Shown: positions 43,323 through 54,090, numbered from the stretch's first letter. The stretch: 64,000 nt of DNA from Nitrosopumilaceae archaeon (GCA_965207375.1 OZ242274.1:1312001-1376000); one strand, 5' to 3'. Numbers and translations are program-made. The notes: generated by a model from the letters alone, not told the origin.

Positions 43323-43396
43323 TAGAACTGACGGGATTTGAACCCGTGACCCGTTATGTTTCAAGTAACGATTCAGCCAGCCTAAACTACAGGCCC
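43323..43396 (-). tRNA. Atypical tRNA-like gene, copy B (3' acceptor altered by integration)
   Basis: Matches copy A from 43328 except that the D loop has GG; 3' strand is CAGTTCT-A. Confidence 0.55.
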
Positions 43397-44039
43397 ACAA
43401 GTATTTTATAGTAATGATACAATATAAAATCATGTTTCAAGTAACAAAGGCTACATACTGAACTAGCCTGTTTTTTTTATTTCCGCCTATAATTCTAAGA
43501 TCATTTCATTTCAATACCTGTATAATCCCATAAATCCTCACCATTGATAATTAGGATAATTTCACCGATCTCACTTGGTTTTAATTTCTCAAAGTTTATT
43601 GTGTGATGTATAGGCAGGTCATAGATTAATTGTACATTCTGTATTACCCTTTTGTCATCTTCGCTCCTTGCCTCAATGATAACCTAAGGTCTACATGTCA
43701 TGAATGTCTAGCCTAAGTTCATCTAACGGTTTACCACCTATCTAGAGGGTCAAGGCCTTTGATTTGACATCTAGTTTTTCATCTGATTGTCCTATGTGAC
43801 CGGATTGATTTTAGCACTTTTCATTTGATCTTCTGTACTGCATGTACTGGTTTGTTTTGACTTTACAAACACTGTCTTATGTTGTTGGGTTTTCTCCTTG
43901 CATGTGCGGTTTGTATTAGGATTTTATTGCAAGTGTGCCTTGCATGTGTATCTCCTAATGCAGGCTGTGCTTGCAGTTCCTAGAGATATTGCCTTACGAT
44001 ACATTGACTTTGATTAGACTTTGTATATTAAAAAATTTG

Positions 44040-46088
44040 TCAATTTCTTAGTAACTGTGTCAAGGCATCTGCTATTTGTTGCCATAGTGGATTAGAATAT
44101 TTTTGGGTATTGTTTTGTGCTTCTGCTGCAGTCATAGGATTGTCATGTTCTGTAATGTTAAATGCTGCAAGTGTTCTATTCCATAAATCAGCTTGTTCTT
44201 TTACAGCTTCAATCAGAGTTGCATTTATCGTGTATGTTGGTTCAGGTACTGGTTCTACTGTAGGTATTGGTTCTATTGGTTCAACCTGTGGTGAATCTTG
44301 AGCAACGGCTGATGTTTGGTTAACCTGTGGTACGTGTATTTCCTGTGGTACGTGTATTTCCTGTGGCTCTTGCTGTGGTGTATTTTGTGTTGCATTTTGT
44401 TGCTGTTGCTGTTGCTGTTGTTCAATTGCAGCCTCACGCTCTTGTAAGATATTTGCAATTTTGACCCATAATGGACTAGAGTATTTCTTTGTATTTGCCA
44501 GAGCCTCTGCTGTAGTAAGTGGATTATCATGTTGTATCACTCCAAATGCTGCCAATGCTCTATTCCATCTGTCAACGTGATCATGACCGTGATGTGTCAT
44601 GGATGCAAGGTACTTTATGTCCTCAATTAGTTCTGGGTCAGCTGTAGGTATTGGTATAGATTCTGGTACAATGTATGGTGTATCTTGAGCAATATTTGAT
44701 GTATGATTAATTTGTGGTACGTGTATTTCCTGTGGTTGCTGTGGTGAATCTTGAGGTTGCTGTGCGGCCGCATCCCTTGCAGCCTCTAATTTAGCCAGTT
44801 CTTGAGCAACTAAACCCCAAAATGCATTATTGTATTTTTTTACATTGGCCAGAGCCTCTGCTGCAGTCATAGGATTGTCATGTTGTATTTCTCCAAATGC
44901 TGCCAAGACCCTATTCCATCTGTCAACGTGATCTGCACCAAGCTGCGTTTGTTCTGCCATTAACTTTGCACCGTCTATTACTGATGGATCAATTTCATCA
45001 TACGGATTTTCTGGTATTGGAACACCGGTTGTGAGTCTGGGTGGCCCGTCACCGCCACTCTCTGAATCAGATATTGTAAAAGTCTGGCTAGTGGTTCCGG
45101 TTAGGCTATATCCTGTACCAGGAAGTAACGTAACTGTGACAGTGCCACCGCCCTGATCACCCGTTGTTACGAGCGTTTGAATCACAATAATTGGAGTTTG
45201 TGATGTCACACTGGTTGTAAAAGTACCTACAGGTGATAAACTGCTTAGATAGTTTGCTCCTGTGGTGGTGACAGAATATCTTACTTGTATCGTGTCTCCG
45301 TCTGTGCTCGGGTTAGGACTCAGAATAAAAATTGTTGATATTGGCAGACCCTCCAGAATATTTAATATAGCATTACTGAATTGTACTGAATACTTTGATC
45401 CAATCTGTGTCTCCCAATAATGTTGACTGCTTTGTATTAGATATGATGGAGTGTTTGGATGTATCCACTCATGGAGGTATGGGTTATCTACAGTGCGTTT
45501 TACTATTGGTGAAACATGAACTAGGATTGATTCTGCACTACCTCCAGTAGTTGGACTTGTTGTCCATGAGGCAGTACCTGATGTTTGTCCTTCATTGATG
45601 GTTATCTTTTTGTAGAGGAAAGGAAGGTAAGTAGGGTTGGTTCCCGAGTCCCTGTCGGCCGTGCTGCCGTAGGTTGGAAATGTTTCAGTGTCGCTGCTAG
45701 TGCCGCCTAATGTGGCCGTATTGGAAGTACTACATCTATTTGCTGTACCGTGTGGCTTGGAACTGTGAGATAAATAACAGTCATCAACTTGGGCCCAAAA
45801 TTCTATTGTTCCATTTGCAGCCTCATCTAGAGTTACAGTTACTGTGAGAGGATCGCCGTGAGCTGGATTGTTTAGTGTAACTTGAGCCCTGTTTATCTCC
45901 TTAGCATCTGTATAAAATTGAGGGGACATTGTAACGGATGGCTCAATTGGGTGACAGGCAGAGTGGAAATTCGTTTCGCCGTTTATGCGGCAAAGCACAT
46001 GATCAGAAAATGCCTCTGGTGTTTGAACACCAAGCAATAATGATATAGAAACTGCCGTAATAACTGCAAAGTATAATGTTTTCAACAA
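44040..46088 (-). CDS. Secreted protein paralog B
   Basis: Near-identical signal peptide and C-terminal repeats to paralog A, divergent central region, shorter poly-Q. Confidence 0.85.
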   Translation of the reverse strand: MLKTLYFAVITAVSISLLLGVQTPEAFSDHVLCRINGETNFHSACHPIEPSVTMSPQFYTDAKEINRAQVTLNNPAHGDPLTVTVTLDEAANGTIEFWAQVDDCYLSHSSKPHGTANRCSTSNTATLGGTSSDTETFPTYGSTADRDSGTNPTYLPFLYKKITINEGQTSGTASWTTSPTTGGSAESILVHVSPIVKRTVDNPYLHEWIHPNTPSYLIQSSQHYWETQIGSKYSVQFSNAILNILEGLPISTIFILSPNPSTDGDTIQVRYSVTTTGANYLSSLSPVGTFTTSVTSQTPIIVIQTLVTTGDQGGGTVTVTLLPGTGYSLTGTTSQTFTISDSESGGDGPPRLTTGVPIPENPYDEIDPSVIDGAKLMAEQTQLGADHVDRWNRVLAAFGEIQHDNPMTAAEALANVKKYNNAFWGLVAQELAKLEAARDAAAQQPQDSPQQPQEIHVPQINHTSNIAQDTPYIVPESIPIPTADPELIEDIKYLASMTHHGHDHVDRWNRALAAFGVIQHDNPLTTAEALANTKKYSSPLWVKIANILQEREAAIEQQQQQQQQNATQNTPQQEPQEIHVPQEIHVPQVNQTSAVAQDSPQVEPIEPIPTVEPVPEPTYTINATLIEAVKEQADLWNRTLAAFNITEHDNPMTAAEAQNNTQKYSNPLWQQIADALTQLLRN

Positions 46089-46215
46089 AATTAACGGGGG
46101 GGGGGTTCTAAAAATGTTGCGATTTGGATGCTGTCATCCACATTTTTTCAAATCACCATCAGCCATATTTTCGAGAGCCTTGCAATGTAAACAACATATA
46201 TCAATTAATGTATAA

Positions 46216-47298
46216 GAGATGTGATTCGTAATTAGCCAATTTCCCTAAATTTCACGCCTAGCAATACCAAAAAGATCCAAATATCACCCGAATCTACCAC
46301 AACTCATGATGTCCTATGAAAAACTGGTAAAAAATCCCAAAAGATTTCGTGCCATAACAGGCATGTCTGCCAAAGAATTTGATTTGTTAGTATCTAAGGT
46401 GGAAAAAAAGTATCCAAGAGCAGAAAAAAAGAGACTCTCTAGAGAAAACAGAGTGCGCGCAATAGGTGCAGGCCGCAGATTCGCATTAAATGTACGAGAC
46501 CAGGTGATGCTACTTTTGTTTTACTATCGTACATACTGCACACAAGATGTAGCAGCAGTCATGTTTGAAATAGGACAAGCATCAGTATCGCGCTCTATTA
46601 CTCATATAGAGCCCATCCTCAAACTATGCATTCCTATACCTTCCAAAATACATGACAAGATGCAAAGAATTTCCTCCATAGAGGAATTAGAAGAGATTCT
46701 TCCAGGTCTTAGATGTCTTGTTGATGCCTCAGAACAGAAAATACAAAGACCAGGACGCAAGGACATGGAAAAGTCTCACTATTCGGGCAAAGCAGGAGCG
46801 CACACCTCTAAGATACAATATACGACTAACACGCATGGACTAATCGTGCACAAGACACGTCATTCGCCAGGAAAAATACATGACGTTACAGTATACAAGA
46901 AAAAACCTCCAACATTTCCAGAGAAAATACCTGATGAAATACAGGTCACCATATGTACCAGACAGGAGATACCAAGGGGCACCTGAGGTTCCTGGAGGGA
47001 TACTGTGCACTCCAATCAAAAAGAAAAAGGGTGCAAAGCTCACAGAGGAGCAAAAGGAATACAACAAAATCCACTCAAAGATTCGCGTATACGTAGAACA
47101 TGCAATACGCAGGGTCAAGACCTGGCGTATTATGGGAAACGTATACAGGAATCCACTCATAAAATACGACCGGATCAACGATATTGTGTGCGGTTTGGTA
47201 AACCGTAGCATATTGTGGCGGTTGAATCAGATGGCCTGACTGAAACAGGGCATCTGGATGGCAGTAGGCACGCATAAAAAATAATTACGGATCACCTC
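46216..47298 (+). mobile_element. IS5-family element, full length, transposase frameshifted (46306-47239)
   Basis: TIRs GAG(AT)GTGATTCGTAATTA / TAATTACGGATCACCTC, TAA target duplication, R..VEHAI.R.K motif. Confidence 0.9.
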
Positions 47299-48062
47299 TA
47301 AGGTATACATGAACAAGAGAGAATACAAATGGGAAGAACACCACTATAAGATGGTAGACGAATGTGAAAAAATGTTCAAAGATGGTACCCAAGGTAAAAA
47401 AATAGATATTTAGTTTAATGTATTTTTAGTTATTTTATGATATTCTGGAAATGTATAACTACATTTAACACTAATTTTAACAAAAAATATGACTACCTTT
47501 CAGATCCATCAATAGACCTTATACAACACTTAAGAGAAAATTATAACATATGATGTTCCGACAAACCATGAGGATTATGTTCCATGTGAACATATTGAGA
47601 AGAGGTACTTGTTCACGTAATAGAGTTTATTTGTGCCCAGATGATATCATGTTACGAAAAATTAGGTACGAGGTGTACACGTACACATTATGTGCGAATA
47701 CAAGTATTCCTATTCTAAATGGGTCCTACCAATTGCATTAGGGTTAAAATTATTGTTACCACACTCATAACATACAAAGAATATTGATACAATGGTTCTT
47801 TTTTTGACAAATCATCTGATGAAATATCCATTTTAGGATGTTTTTTTGATATGTAGAAAGTGCTCGTTTAAACTGTTTTTGTTGTCTTACTTTGATATCC
47901 CATTTATAACGATGAAATCTTCCTGTTATTTCGACTTTTGAATCTTTAAGTTCCTGTTCTAATTTCAGGATCTTTTGCAGATCTTCACATTGATTTTGGG
48001 TCAAACGCTGATCTTTTAATGTTAACCGTAATCTTATGTTTGGAATGCTTGGAAAAGCCTGC

Positions 48063-48323
48063 TTAATTTTTTGTAATGATTTGTATAGTTTGGATTTTTT
48101 CCGGGCATTTTTCAAAGATTTTTTCGGCGATCTCTTCTTTTTGCTCTTCATTTTCTAACTCAAATTTTGCAGATATATCAAATGATGGTGAATTGTCTAA
48201 ATCTTTGAGATGTGTAAATCCAATTTCTTCTAGAATTTTTTTAACATCTGGACATGCTTGATGTGTACTGCAAAGAATTTTAAATTCAAATTCCAAATCA
48301 ATAATCCCTATGTAAGTTGTCAT
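48063..48323 (-). CDS. Small ACT/RAM-like hypothetical protein
   Basis: 86 aa with a beta-alpha-beta pattern (FDISAKFEL). Confidence 0.45.
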   Translation of the reverse strand: MTTYIGIIDLEFEFKILCSTHQACPDVKKILEEIGFTHLKDLDNSPSFDISAKFELENEEQKEEIAEKIFEKCPEKIQTIQIITKN

Positions 48324-48734
48324 TTTTCCACAATATATGTTTAGAAGAACATTCCAAAATTATAGAATAAATCATATCTAATAATTATAAAAATGGGTAA
48401 TATTTAATCTTCTTTGGTCTAAAATTTTACATTTGTTGCTTTATTTAGTGATATTTTGTAACTGATCGATTTTATAAAGCATGATGCCTGAGACATGATT
48501 CATAATTAGATCTAGGCACGGATTTTTGCCCTTGTTAGAAGCGGTTTTCTAATTACGAATCACCTTATGAAACATACGGTAGAGATGGAAACCCTAAAGC
48601 ATTACTATTTGGGTATTCATATTTTGTCGTAAAATAGTTTATTCAGTAATGTTTTCTGACAGGGACATATTGTCATAATTTTGCAGACATCATTATACCA
48701 TGATACCAAAGACGGCTAATATGCTGTTATACAT

Positions 48735-51056
48735 ATGGTGTGTATGCGTGCGTACCTGATTCTGGCTGCAATTACTCTCATATTTGCAGGCTCTCAGGCG
48801 TACGCGAGTGATTTTTTCGTAATTACGGATTTAGGCAATACGTTCTCTGTGGGTATAACACCAAATGATGGAGAGGCAGCAGACGCCCAAACTGCAGAAA
48901 TTGCGGGGACTTTGAGCGAGGGTGCAAGGATAATACGAATGGATTATTACGATACTAAAATAATCCAGCGTGGGCCAGGTTGGGAGAAAACTAGTGACCT
49001 AAAACCCTACAATAAGATGGAGCCGGGAGTAGTATCTGCTGAAATTCCGGGTATCAGAACAACCTATACCGGTTTTAATTATCGCCTTGATTATAATTTG
49101 ATAAATGACAAACTAGTTTGGAACAGAGGCAATTTCACATTTGACACAGAACCTTTTCCAACTTCAAGAATCACCATACATGAAAACGGTACCAAAAGTG
49201 TTATTGATTTTGGTCAAGGTTTAGAAAGGATTCATTATCTAAAAGAACTTGGATATTACATATACGACTTTGAGGTACCACCGCCCAAAGAAATTATTAT
49301 TGAGGCCTATACTGAGGGCAAGAATATTTTACAAACTGATGTGGATTTAATCAATGCACCATATCGTCCTGAATACGGATTTCTATTTTATACTAAAGCC
49401 GCCCATAATCTGGGTAAAAATGAATTAAGTGGTCCTATCGGAGGTACGTCTGGAAATATAACGGGATTGATAAAGTACAATTACACCTATGCTGTGGATT
49501 TTTTAAATCACGGCTCTTCAGTGCGTGAAACAGCTTATAATATTGTAGAATTAGAAGCTGAAAAACTGTTTAATTTAAATCTACAACAACAATCTGATGG
49601 ACGTTACAAGGTAACTGGTAATGCGCCATGTTGTCAGTTTACAAACCCTCCTGATGATTTCTTGTTAAATGAATTGAAAAAACATCATCCAAATGCTAAG
49701 GAAATATTAAAGATATATGCACCAAGTGTTGGACATGGTGATTACCAAGTACGACTATATGACCCATTACCTGCATTAAAGATTAAAACCCTTGGTACCA
49801 TAGATATTGTTGATTGGAACAACGACAGTTATTATCTAGAAATTGACAAGACACGTACAACTGATTTCATTAATATGAAAAGAGGATACATGAAAGATAA
49901 CCATTACCTCCAGTTCTTTATCATTGATGGACTACCACCCAACAAGTATTACGCATTGATTGGTTACGAAGGCTCTGTAATTCACAATGCAAGAACAGAT
50001 AATTCTGGTAAAATAGAGATCGATATAAGAGACATTCCAACACAATACAGAGAACAAACAGGTAGACTAGTAATATACGATAAATTTACCGAATGGACAT
50101 CGAGTGACCCTATACGCTCATCTACACACGTACCATTTTTTGACATATACAATGAGAATGCATTTCCACTAGCCAAATCTGCAAGCTTTCTACCAACTGA
50201 TTCAATTTATACCCCATCTGCATACGTAAAGTTCCCAGTACCTACAGAAATTGTAATCACAAACATGACCATGGGAGAGGTACGACTCCCATACATTGAT
50301 GGTACATACAGAGCAGGTGACTCTATGTATGTACCTATCATACCTGGCAAAAATATAATATCATTTGAGATAAACGGCTTGTCTGTTTTAATACAGGTAA
50401 GCAATGTGCGTGGACATACGGGTACAGTAATTTTAGATCCTATACAGCGAGAATTTCAATATAGCAAGTTTAGTCCAAATAATTTTAGAGATGGGCAATT
50501 TGATAAATTTAGCGGACAAATCGGACAGTCGACATTTTTTATTGCACCAAATGACGGCAGGGTAAAGGTAGGTGTACTTGCAAGTCTGGCAGGAGAGGTA
50601 TACATCAAAAATACGGTAAAGTATGAAAAAATCCCAGATCCTCCACCACCTCCACCACGACCAAGAGACCCATTAACAATGTGGACTGATATCTACAAGA
50701 ACGGAAAATTCCTCTCATCAGAACAGCTGTATTTTTCTGCAAAACCATTTGCGTCATTAGATAATACCAAAAGTTTCAATGTACCACTAACAAACAACAG
50801 AATGCAAAGCTGGGCAACAGCAGAATTTACATATCCAAACAAAGACTTTACTACAAACCCATATGAAAATATCTACGAAACCTTTACAATTACAGGTGTA
50901 GAGGCAGGTGACTTTATCGAGGTCTATTTCTATTTGAAGATAGAGGCAGATGGCCGAATAGTTGACCAACCAAACAAGGCAAGAAACATAACATCTGAAG
51001 GCCTAGCTACGGGCTCACTTGAAATCAAAAACGGTAGAATCGACATTTCAATGTGA
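48735..51056 (+). CDS. Large secreted hypothetical protein
   Basis: Signal peptide ending AYA, beta-rich, Pro linker, 773 aa. Confidence 0.8.
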   Translation: MVCMRAYLILAAITLIFAGSQAYASDFFVITDLGNTFSVGITPNDGEAADAQTAEIAGTLSEGARIIRMDYYDTKIIQRGPGWEKTSDLKPYNKMEPGVVSAEIPGIRTTYTGFNYRLDYNLINDKLVWNRGNFTFDTEPFPTSRITIHENGTKSVIDFGQGLERIHYLKELGYYIYDFEVPPPKEIIIEAYTEGKNILQTDVDLINAPYRPEYGFLFYTKAAHNLGKNELSGPIGGTSGNITGLIKYNYTYAVDFLNHGSSVRETAYNIVELEAEKLFNLNLQQQSDGRYKVTGNAPCCQFTNPPDDFLLNELKKHHPNAKEILKIYAPSVGHGDYQVRLYDPLPALKIKTLGTIDIVDWNNDSYYLEIDKTRTTDFINMKRGYMKDNHYLQFFIIDGLPPNKYYALIGYEGSVIHNARTDNSGKIEIDIRDIPTQYREQTGRLVIYDKFTEWTSSDPIRSSTHVPFFDIYNENAFPLAKSASFLPTDSIYTPSAYVKFPVPTEIVITNMTMGEVRLPYIDGTYRAGDSMYVPIIPGKNIISFEINGLSVLIQVSNVRGHTGTVILDPIQREFQYSKFSPNNFRDGQFDKFSGQIGQSTFFIAPNDGRVKVGVLASLAGEVYIKNTVKYEKIPDPPPPPPRPRDPLTMWTDIYKNGKFLSSEQLYFSAKPFASLDNTKSFNVPLTNNRMQSWATAEFTYPNKDFTTNPYENIYETFTITGVEAGDFIEVYFYLKIEADGRIVDQPNKARNITSEGLATGSLEIKNGRIDISM

Positions 51057-51099
51057 TTTTGACTAGCCAAAACCTCAAAAGCATCTACATCTAAGGTAT

Positions 51100-51171
51100 A
51101 GTGACAGGATAGATAGGGAAATAACCAATACCCTCAAACTTCAAAGTTATTTGATTCCTGTCACTTTTTTT
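51100..51171 (+). terminator. Hairpin plus T-run (terminator or small RNA)
   Basis: AGTGACAGGA/TCCTGTCACT 10-bp stem followed by a T-run. Confidence 0.5.
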
Positions 51172-51196
51172 GTAAAAATGGTTTTTGATCGAGAGG

Positions 51197-51406
51197 CTAT
51201 TTTTGTACGGGATCGGTCATTTTAACAAGTACCTTTTCATTTTCTGCAAGTATCTCAATGTGAATCTCGATAAATTCACAAAAATCAGATAGGTATTTTA
51301 CATCACGTTTTTTGTTTTCTGCTACTGCATGATTGAACAATTTCTGAACCTCTTCTAGTAATGCGTCATTTGCATTTTGGCAGTCCTTTATCTTTTCAGC
51401 CATCAT
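51197..51406 (-). CDS. Small helical hypothetical protein
   Basis: 69-aa ATG ORF. Confidence 0.45.
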   Translation of the reverse strand: MMAEKIKDCQNANDALLEEVQKLFNHAVAENKKRDVKYLSDFCEFIEIHIEILAENEKVLVKMTDPVQK

Positions 51407-51702
51407 ATCAAGGGCATGTCACTCCTTTCATTTAATCTAATTCATTTAAAATGATATTGGACAATCTTTTGATTTCAAGAGGGTTGGAAATACATTTCTG
51501 ATTAAGGATTAATTTTTTCCTTGAAACTATGATTTTTGTCAAAAATCCTTTAATCTAATTTGAAATCTACTTTCTAACATCGTTTTGAAAAACAGAACTT
51601 GTAAAATCTATTGGCTACACTTTATAATATTATAATTATACAGATCAAATTTCATCTAGGCTACAAATTTTGATTAAGAATGTTACATTCTTACTCTATC
51701 TG

Positions 51703-51858
51703 TCATTCTTTTTTAATCTCTTTTAGAACCCAATCAATACCACCGTTGTCATCATGCATTGGTATCTCTTCAAACACTGCATCACTTTTGTCATCTACTT
51801 CATGCATGTCTTTGTCGTAGAATCGTTTTAAAATATCAGGATCGATTATATCTGTCAT
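51703..51858 (-). CDS. 51-aa paralog of the C-terminus of the 52604 protein
   Basis: MTDIIDPDILKRFYDKDMHEVD...FEEIP...WVLKEIKKE; absent from the ORF track. Confidence 0.7.
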   Translation of the reverse strand: MTDIIDPDILKRFYDKDMHEVDDKSDAVFEEIPMHDDNGGIDWVLKEIKKE

Positions 51859-51891
51859 GTTGATTTTATCCCTCTTCTGCTATTTTAATTT

Positions 51892-52113
51892 CTATATAAC
51901 AACGCCTTTTACTTTCTTTTCTCTTTCGTATTCTTCATGCCAGATCCAATAGTGTTCATCTAGTGCTTTGACCAAGCCTTCTTTGATTGCTTCATCCCAT
52001 GTTTCTGGCATAGGAAACCAACCCCAATTACCCATACTATCACATATTTCTTCCTTGGTTAGTCTTGTGTCTGACGTTAGGTGCTTTATGTATTTTTTAA
52101 TTTCTTGTTCCAT
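51892..52113 (-). CDS. Small W-rich module protein
   Basis: WGWF..ETWDEAIKEGLVK.LDEHYWIW module. Confidence 0.7.
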   Translation of the reverse strand: MEQEIKKYIKHLTSDTRLTKEEICDSMGNWGWFPMPETWDEAIKEGLVKALDEHYWIWHEEYEREKKVKGVVI

Positions 52114-52151
52114 TATGTAAACTCCAACTTAAATCCTCTCTCTTCTGTTAT

Positions 52152-52424
52152 TTATTGTGTCCATCTGTAATAATTGGCTTCTGCTGCTATTCGGCTGTAT
52201 CCGTACTCTTTCATTTGCCATTGAATCCATCTTTCTATTTCATAGTTTTCATACCAGATCCAATAATGTTCATTCAGTTGTTTGATCAAGCCTTCCTTTA
52301 CTGCTTCATCCCATGTTTCTTGTACATCAAACCAACCCCAACTGTTAAAATCAGATAATATTTCACCTTTCATTGCACCCTGTTCTGTTCTATGTTTGAT
52401 AAATTTTTTTATATTTTCATTCAT
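52152..52424 (-). CDS. Small W-rich module protein with a second module
   Basis: Same module plus WIQWQMK.YG.SRIAAE.NY; likely start MNENIKK. Confidence 0.7.
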   Translation of the reverse strand: MNENIKKFIKHRTEQGAMKGEILSDFNSWGWFDVQETWDEAVKEGLIKQLNEHYWIWYENYEIERWIQWQMKEYGYSRIAAEANYYRWTQ

Positions 52425-52603
52425 GTGAATATCACTGCATATCCTCGTTCTTCTGCTATTTATCGTCTTGTCCATTTTTCATAATTCATTTCTGCTGATA
52501 TTCTGTGGATTCCTAACCCTTTCATTTGGTTTTGAATCTATTGTTCTTTTCTGGCTTCTTTAGTAGATTCTTCATTGGATTCTTCTTGCTTTTTGTTCAT
52601 GAT

Positions 52604-53257
52604 TTACTCTTTTTTAATCTCTCTCTGAACCCATTTAAATTCACCATTACCTGTCTGCGTTGGAACTTTTTCAAATGTTGCTTCACTTTCACTGTCTACA
52701 AGGTTCATATTTTTGTCGTAGAATTTTTTCTTCTTGTTTCCTTTTTCATCATACATATCAAAATACTCATGCCAGACCCAGATATTCTGGTTTGGATATT
52801 TATCCACCCCTGGCTTGTCTAGTCGTTTTACCAATCCCTCTTCTAGTGCCTCGGTCCATGTATCTTGTTTGGGCCAATGTCCCCAACATCCTATATCGTC
52901 TATTATCTCTAGTTTTGATCTTGGAATTTGTGTAGCTATTTTTATGAACATTCGTACATCTGGGTCTATTATCCAAAGTCCGGTTTTTATCCATTTTTCT
53001 AACCGCTCATGCCAAACCCACCGGCCATCATACACTTGTCTTATCAATCCTTCCTTCACTGCTGTATCCCATAGTTGTACTGGATTTTTTGATGGTCTTG
53101 TCATTCCTTTCTTTTCTGCTTTATCCCATGTTGGGTCTTCAATACTTTTTTTACTACTTTCTTCAAGAAAGGACATTGCCCGATCCTTGTGTATGGGAAA
53201 GTCTAGAGTCAACTTTAGTGTATTTTCGTCCCATACGTTAATCATGTAACCACCCAT
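52604..53257 (-). CDS. Multi-module W-rich protein
   Basis: Two W..A..EGL modules plus the FYDK module. Confidence 0.75.
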   Translation of the reverse strand: MGGYMINVWDENTLKLTLDFPIHKDRAMSFLEESSKKSIEDPTWDKAEKKGMTRPSKNPVQLWDTAVKEGLIRQVYDGRWVWHERLEKWIKTGLWIIDPDVRMFIKIATQIPRSKLEIIDDIGCWGHWPKQDTWTEALEEGLVKRLDKPGVDKYPNQNIWVWHEYFDMYDEKGNKKKKFYDKNMNLVDSESEATFEKVPTQTGNGEFKWVQREIKKE

Positions 53258-53299
53258 CTATTGAGTTCATCTGTAATTCATCTCACTTGTTCTATAAAA

Positions 53300-53659
53300 T
53301 CAGCATAGTAGATTAGGGTTTTCAATTATCTCTTTTAATAAATGACGATGACAGGGGGTGTCATCTGGTTCATAACAAAGTAATGTTACGTGTGAACGTT
53401 TAGTTTTTGAACTTAATTCCCTAATAATTTGTAAACTGTTGTCGTTTTCTTGTAGTTCTTGTTTGAAAGACATACTGAAATCTTCCCAGATTATGTCATG
53501 ATTTTTGTATTTTCGTAGTAATGATACACTTGGTGCAAGTTCTCTTGTCCATCTATCAAAATGAGTTTTTTTAACACCTCTGGGATAAAATCTAGTAATT
53601 AGAATCTTGGTCCCATCTCCATCTTCTTTAGGCTTGTAGATGCTCTTGGTCTTTATCAT
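53300..53659 (-). CDS. DUF488/YeaO-family protein
   Basis: IKTKSIY..DG.KILITRFYPRGV, LAPS and TLLCYE...CHR motifs. Confidence 0.85.
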   Translation of the reverse strand: MIKTKSIYKPKEDGDGTKILITRFYPRGVKKTHFDRWTRELAPSVSLLRKYKNHDIIWEDFSMSFKQELQENDNSLQIIRELSSKTKRSHVTLLCYEPDDTPCHRHLLKEIIENPNLLC

Positions 53660-53677
53660 TCCTTTTGTTTTGTTTTC

Positions 53678-54090
53678 ATTCCTAAAATTCCTAAAATTGC
53701 TGGCTCTCCTGCCCAAGATTCCTAAAATTCCTAAAATTGCCCACGTCTCAGGCATACCAATTCCTAAAATTCCTAAAATTGCTGGCTCTCCTGCCCAAGA
53801 TTCCTAAAATTCCTAAAATTGCCCACGTCTCAGGCATACCAAGATTCCTAAAATTCCTAAAATTGCTGGCTCTCCTGCCCAAGATTCCTAAAATTCCTAA
53901 AATTGCATACCAATTCCTAAAATTCCTAAAATTGCTGGCTCTCCTGCCCAAGATTCCTAAAATTCCTAAAATTGCTGGCTCTACCAATTCCTAAAATTCC
54001 TAAAATTGCCCACGTCTCAGGCATACCAATTCCTAAAATTCCTAAAATTGCTGGCTCTCCTGCCCAAGATTCCTAAAATTCCTAAAATTG
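53678..54090. repeat. Compound array: 11 copies of ATTCCTAAAATTCCTAAAATTG(C) with recurring short spacers
   Basis: Spacer A (tggctctcctgcccaag) x5, spacer B (ccacgtctcaggcatacca) x3, and two truncated or hybrid spacers. Confidence 0.95.

Larger units (their letters stand above)
32914..43335. mobile_element. 10.4-kb integrated element inserted in tRNA-like copy B
   Basis: CTGACGGG at both ends. Removing the element rebuilds the copy-A arrangement. Tyrosine integrase at the right end. Confidence 0.75.

Noticed and set aside
29574-46088. Diversity-generating retroelement behind the paralog variation
   Set aside because: No reverse transcriptase in the window, and the differences are not adenine-specific.
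47765-48151. 128-aa basic ORF
   Set aside because: Overlaps the 48063 ORF out of frame and has no recognisable motif; cannot be supported.
53678-54090. CRISPR array
   Set aside because: Spacers are only 6-21 bp and recur, the repeat is an internal tandem, and there are no cas genes. Kept as a non-CRISPR repeat.
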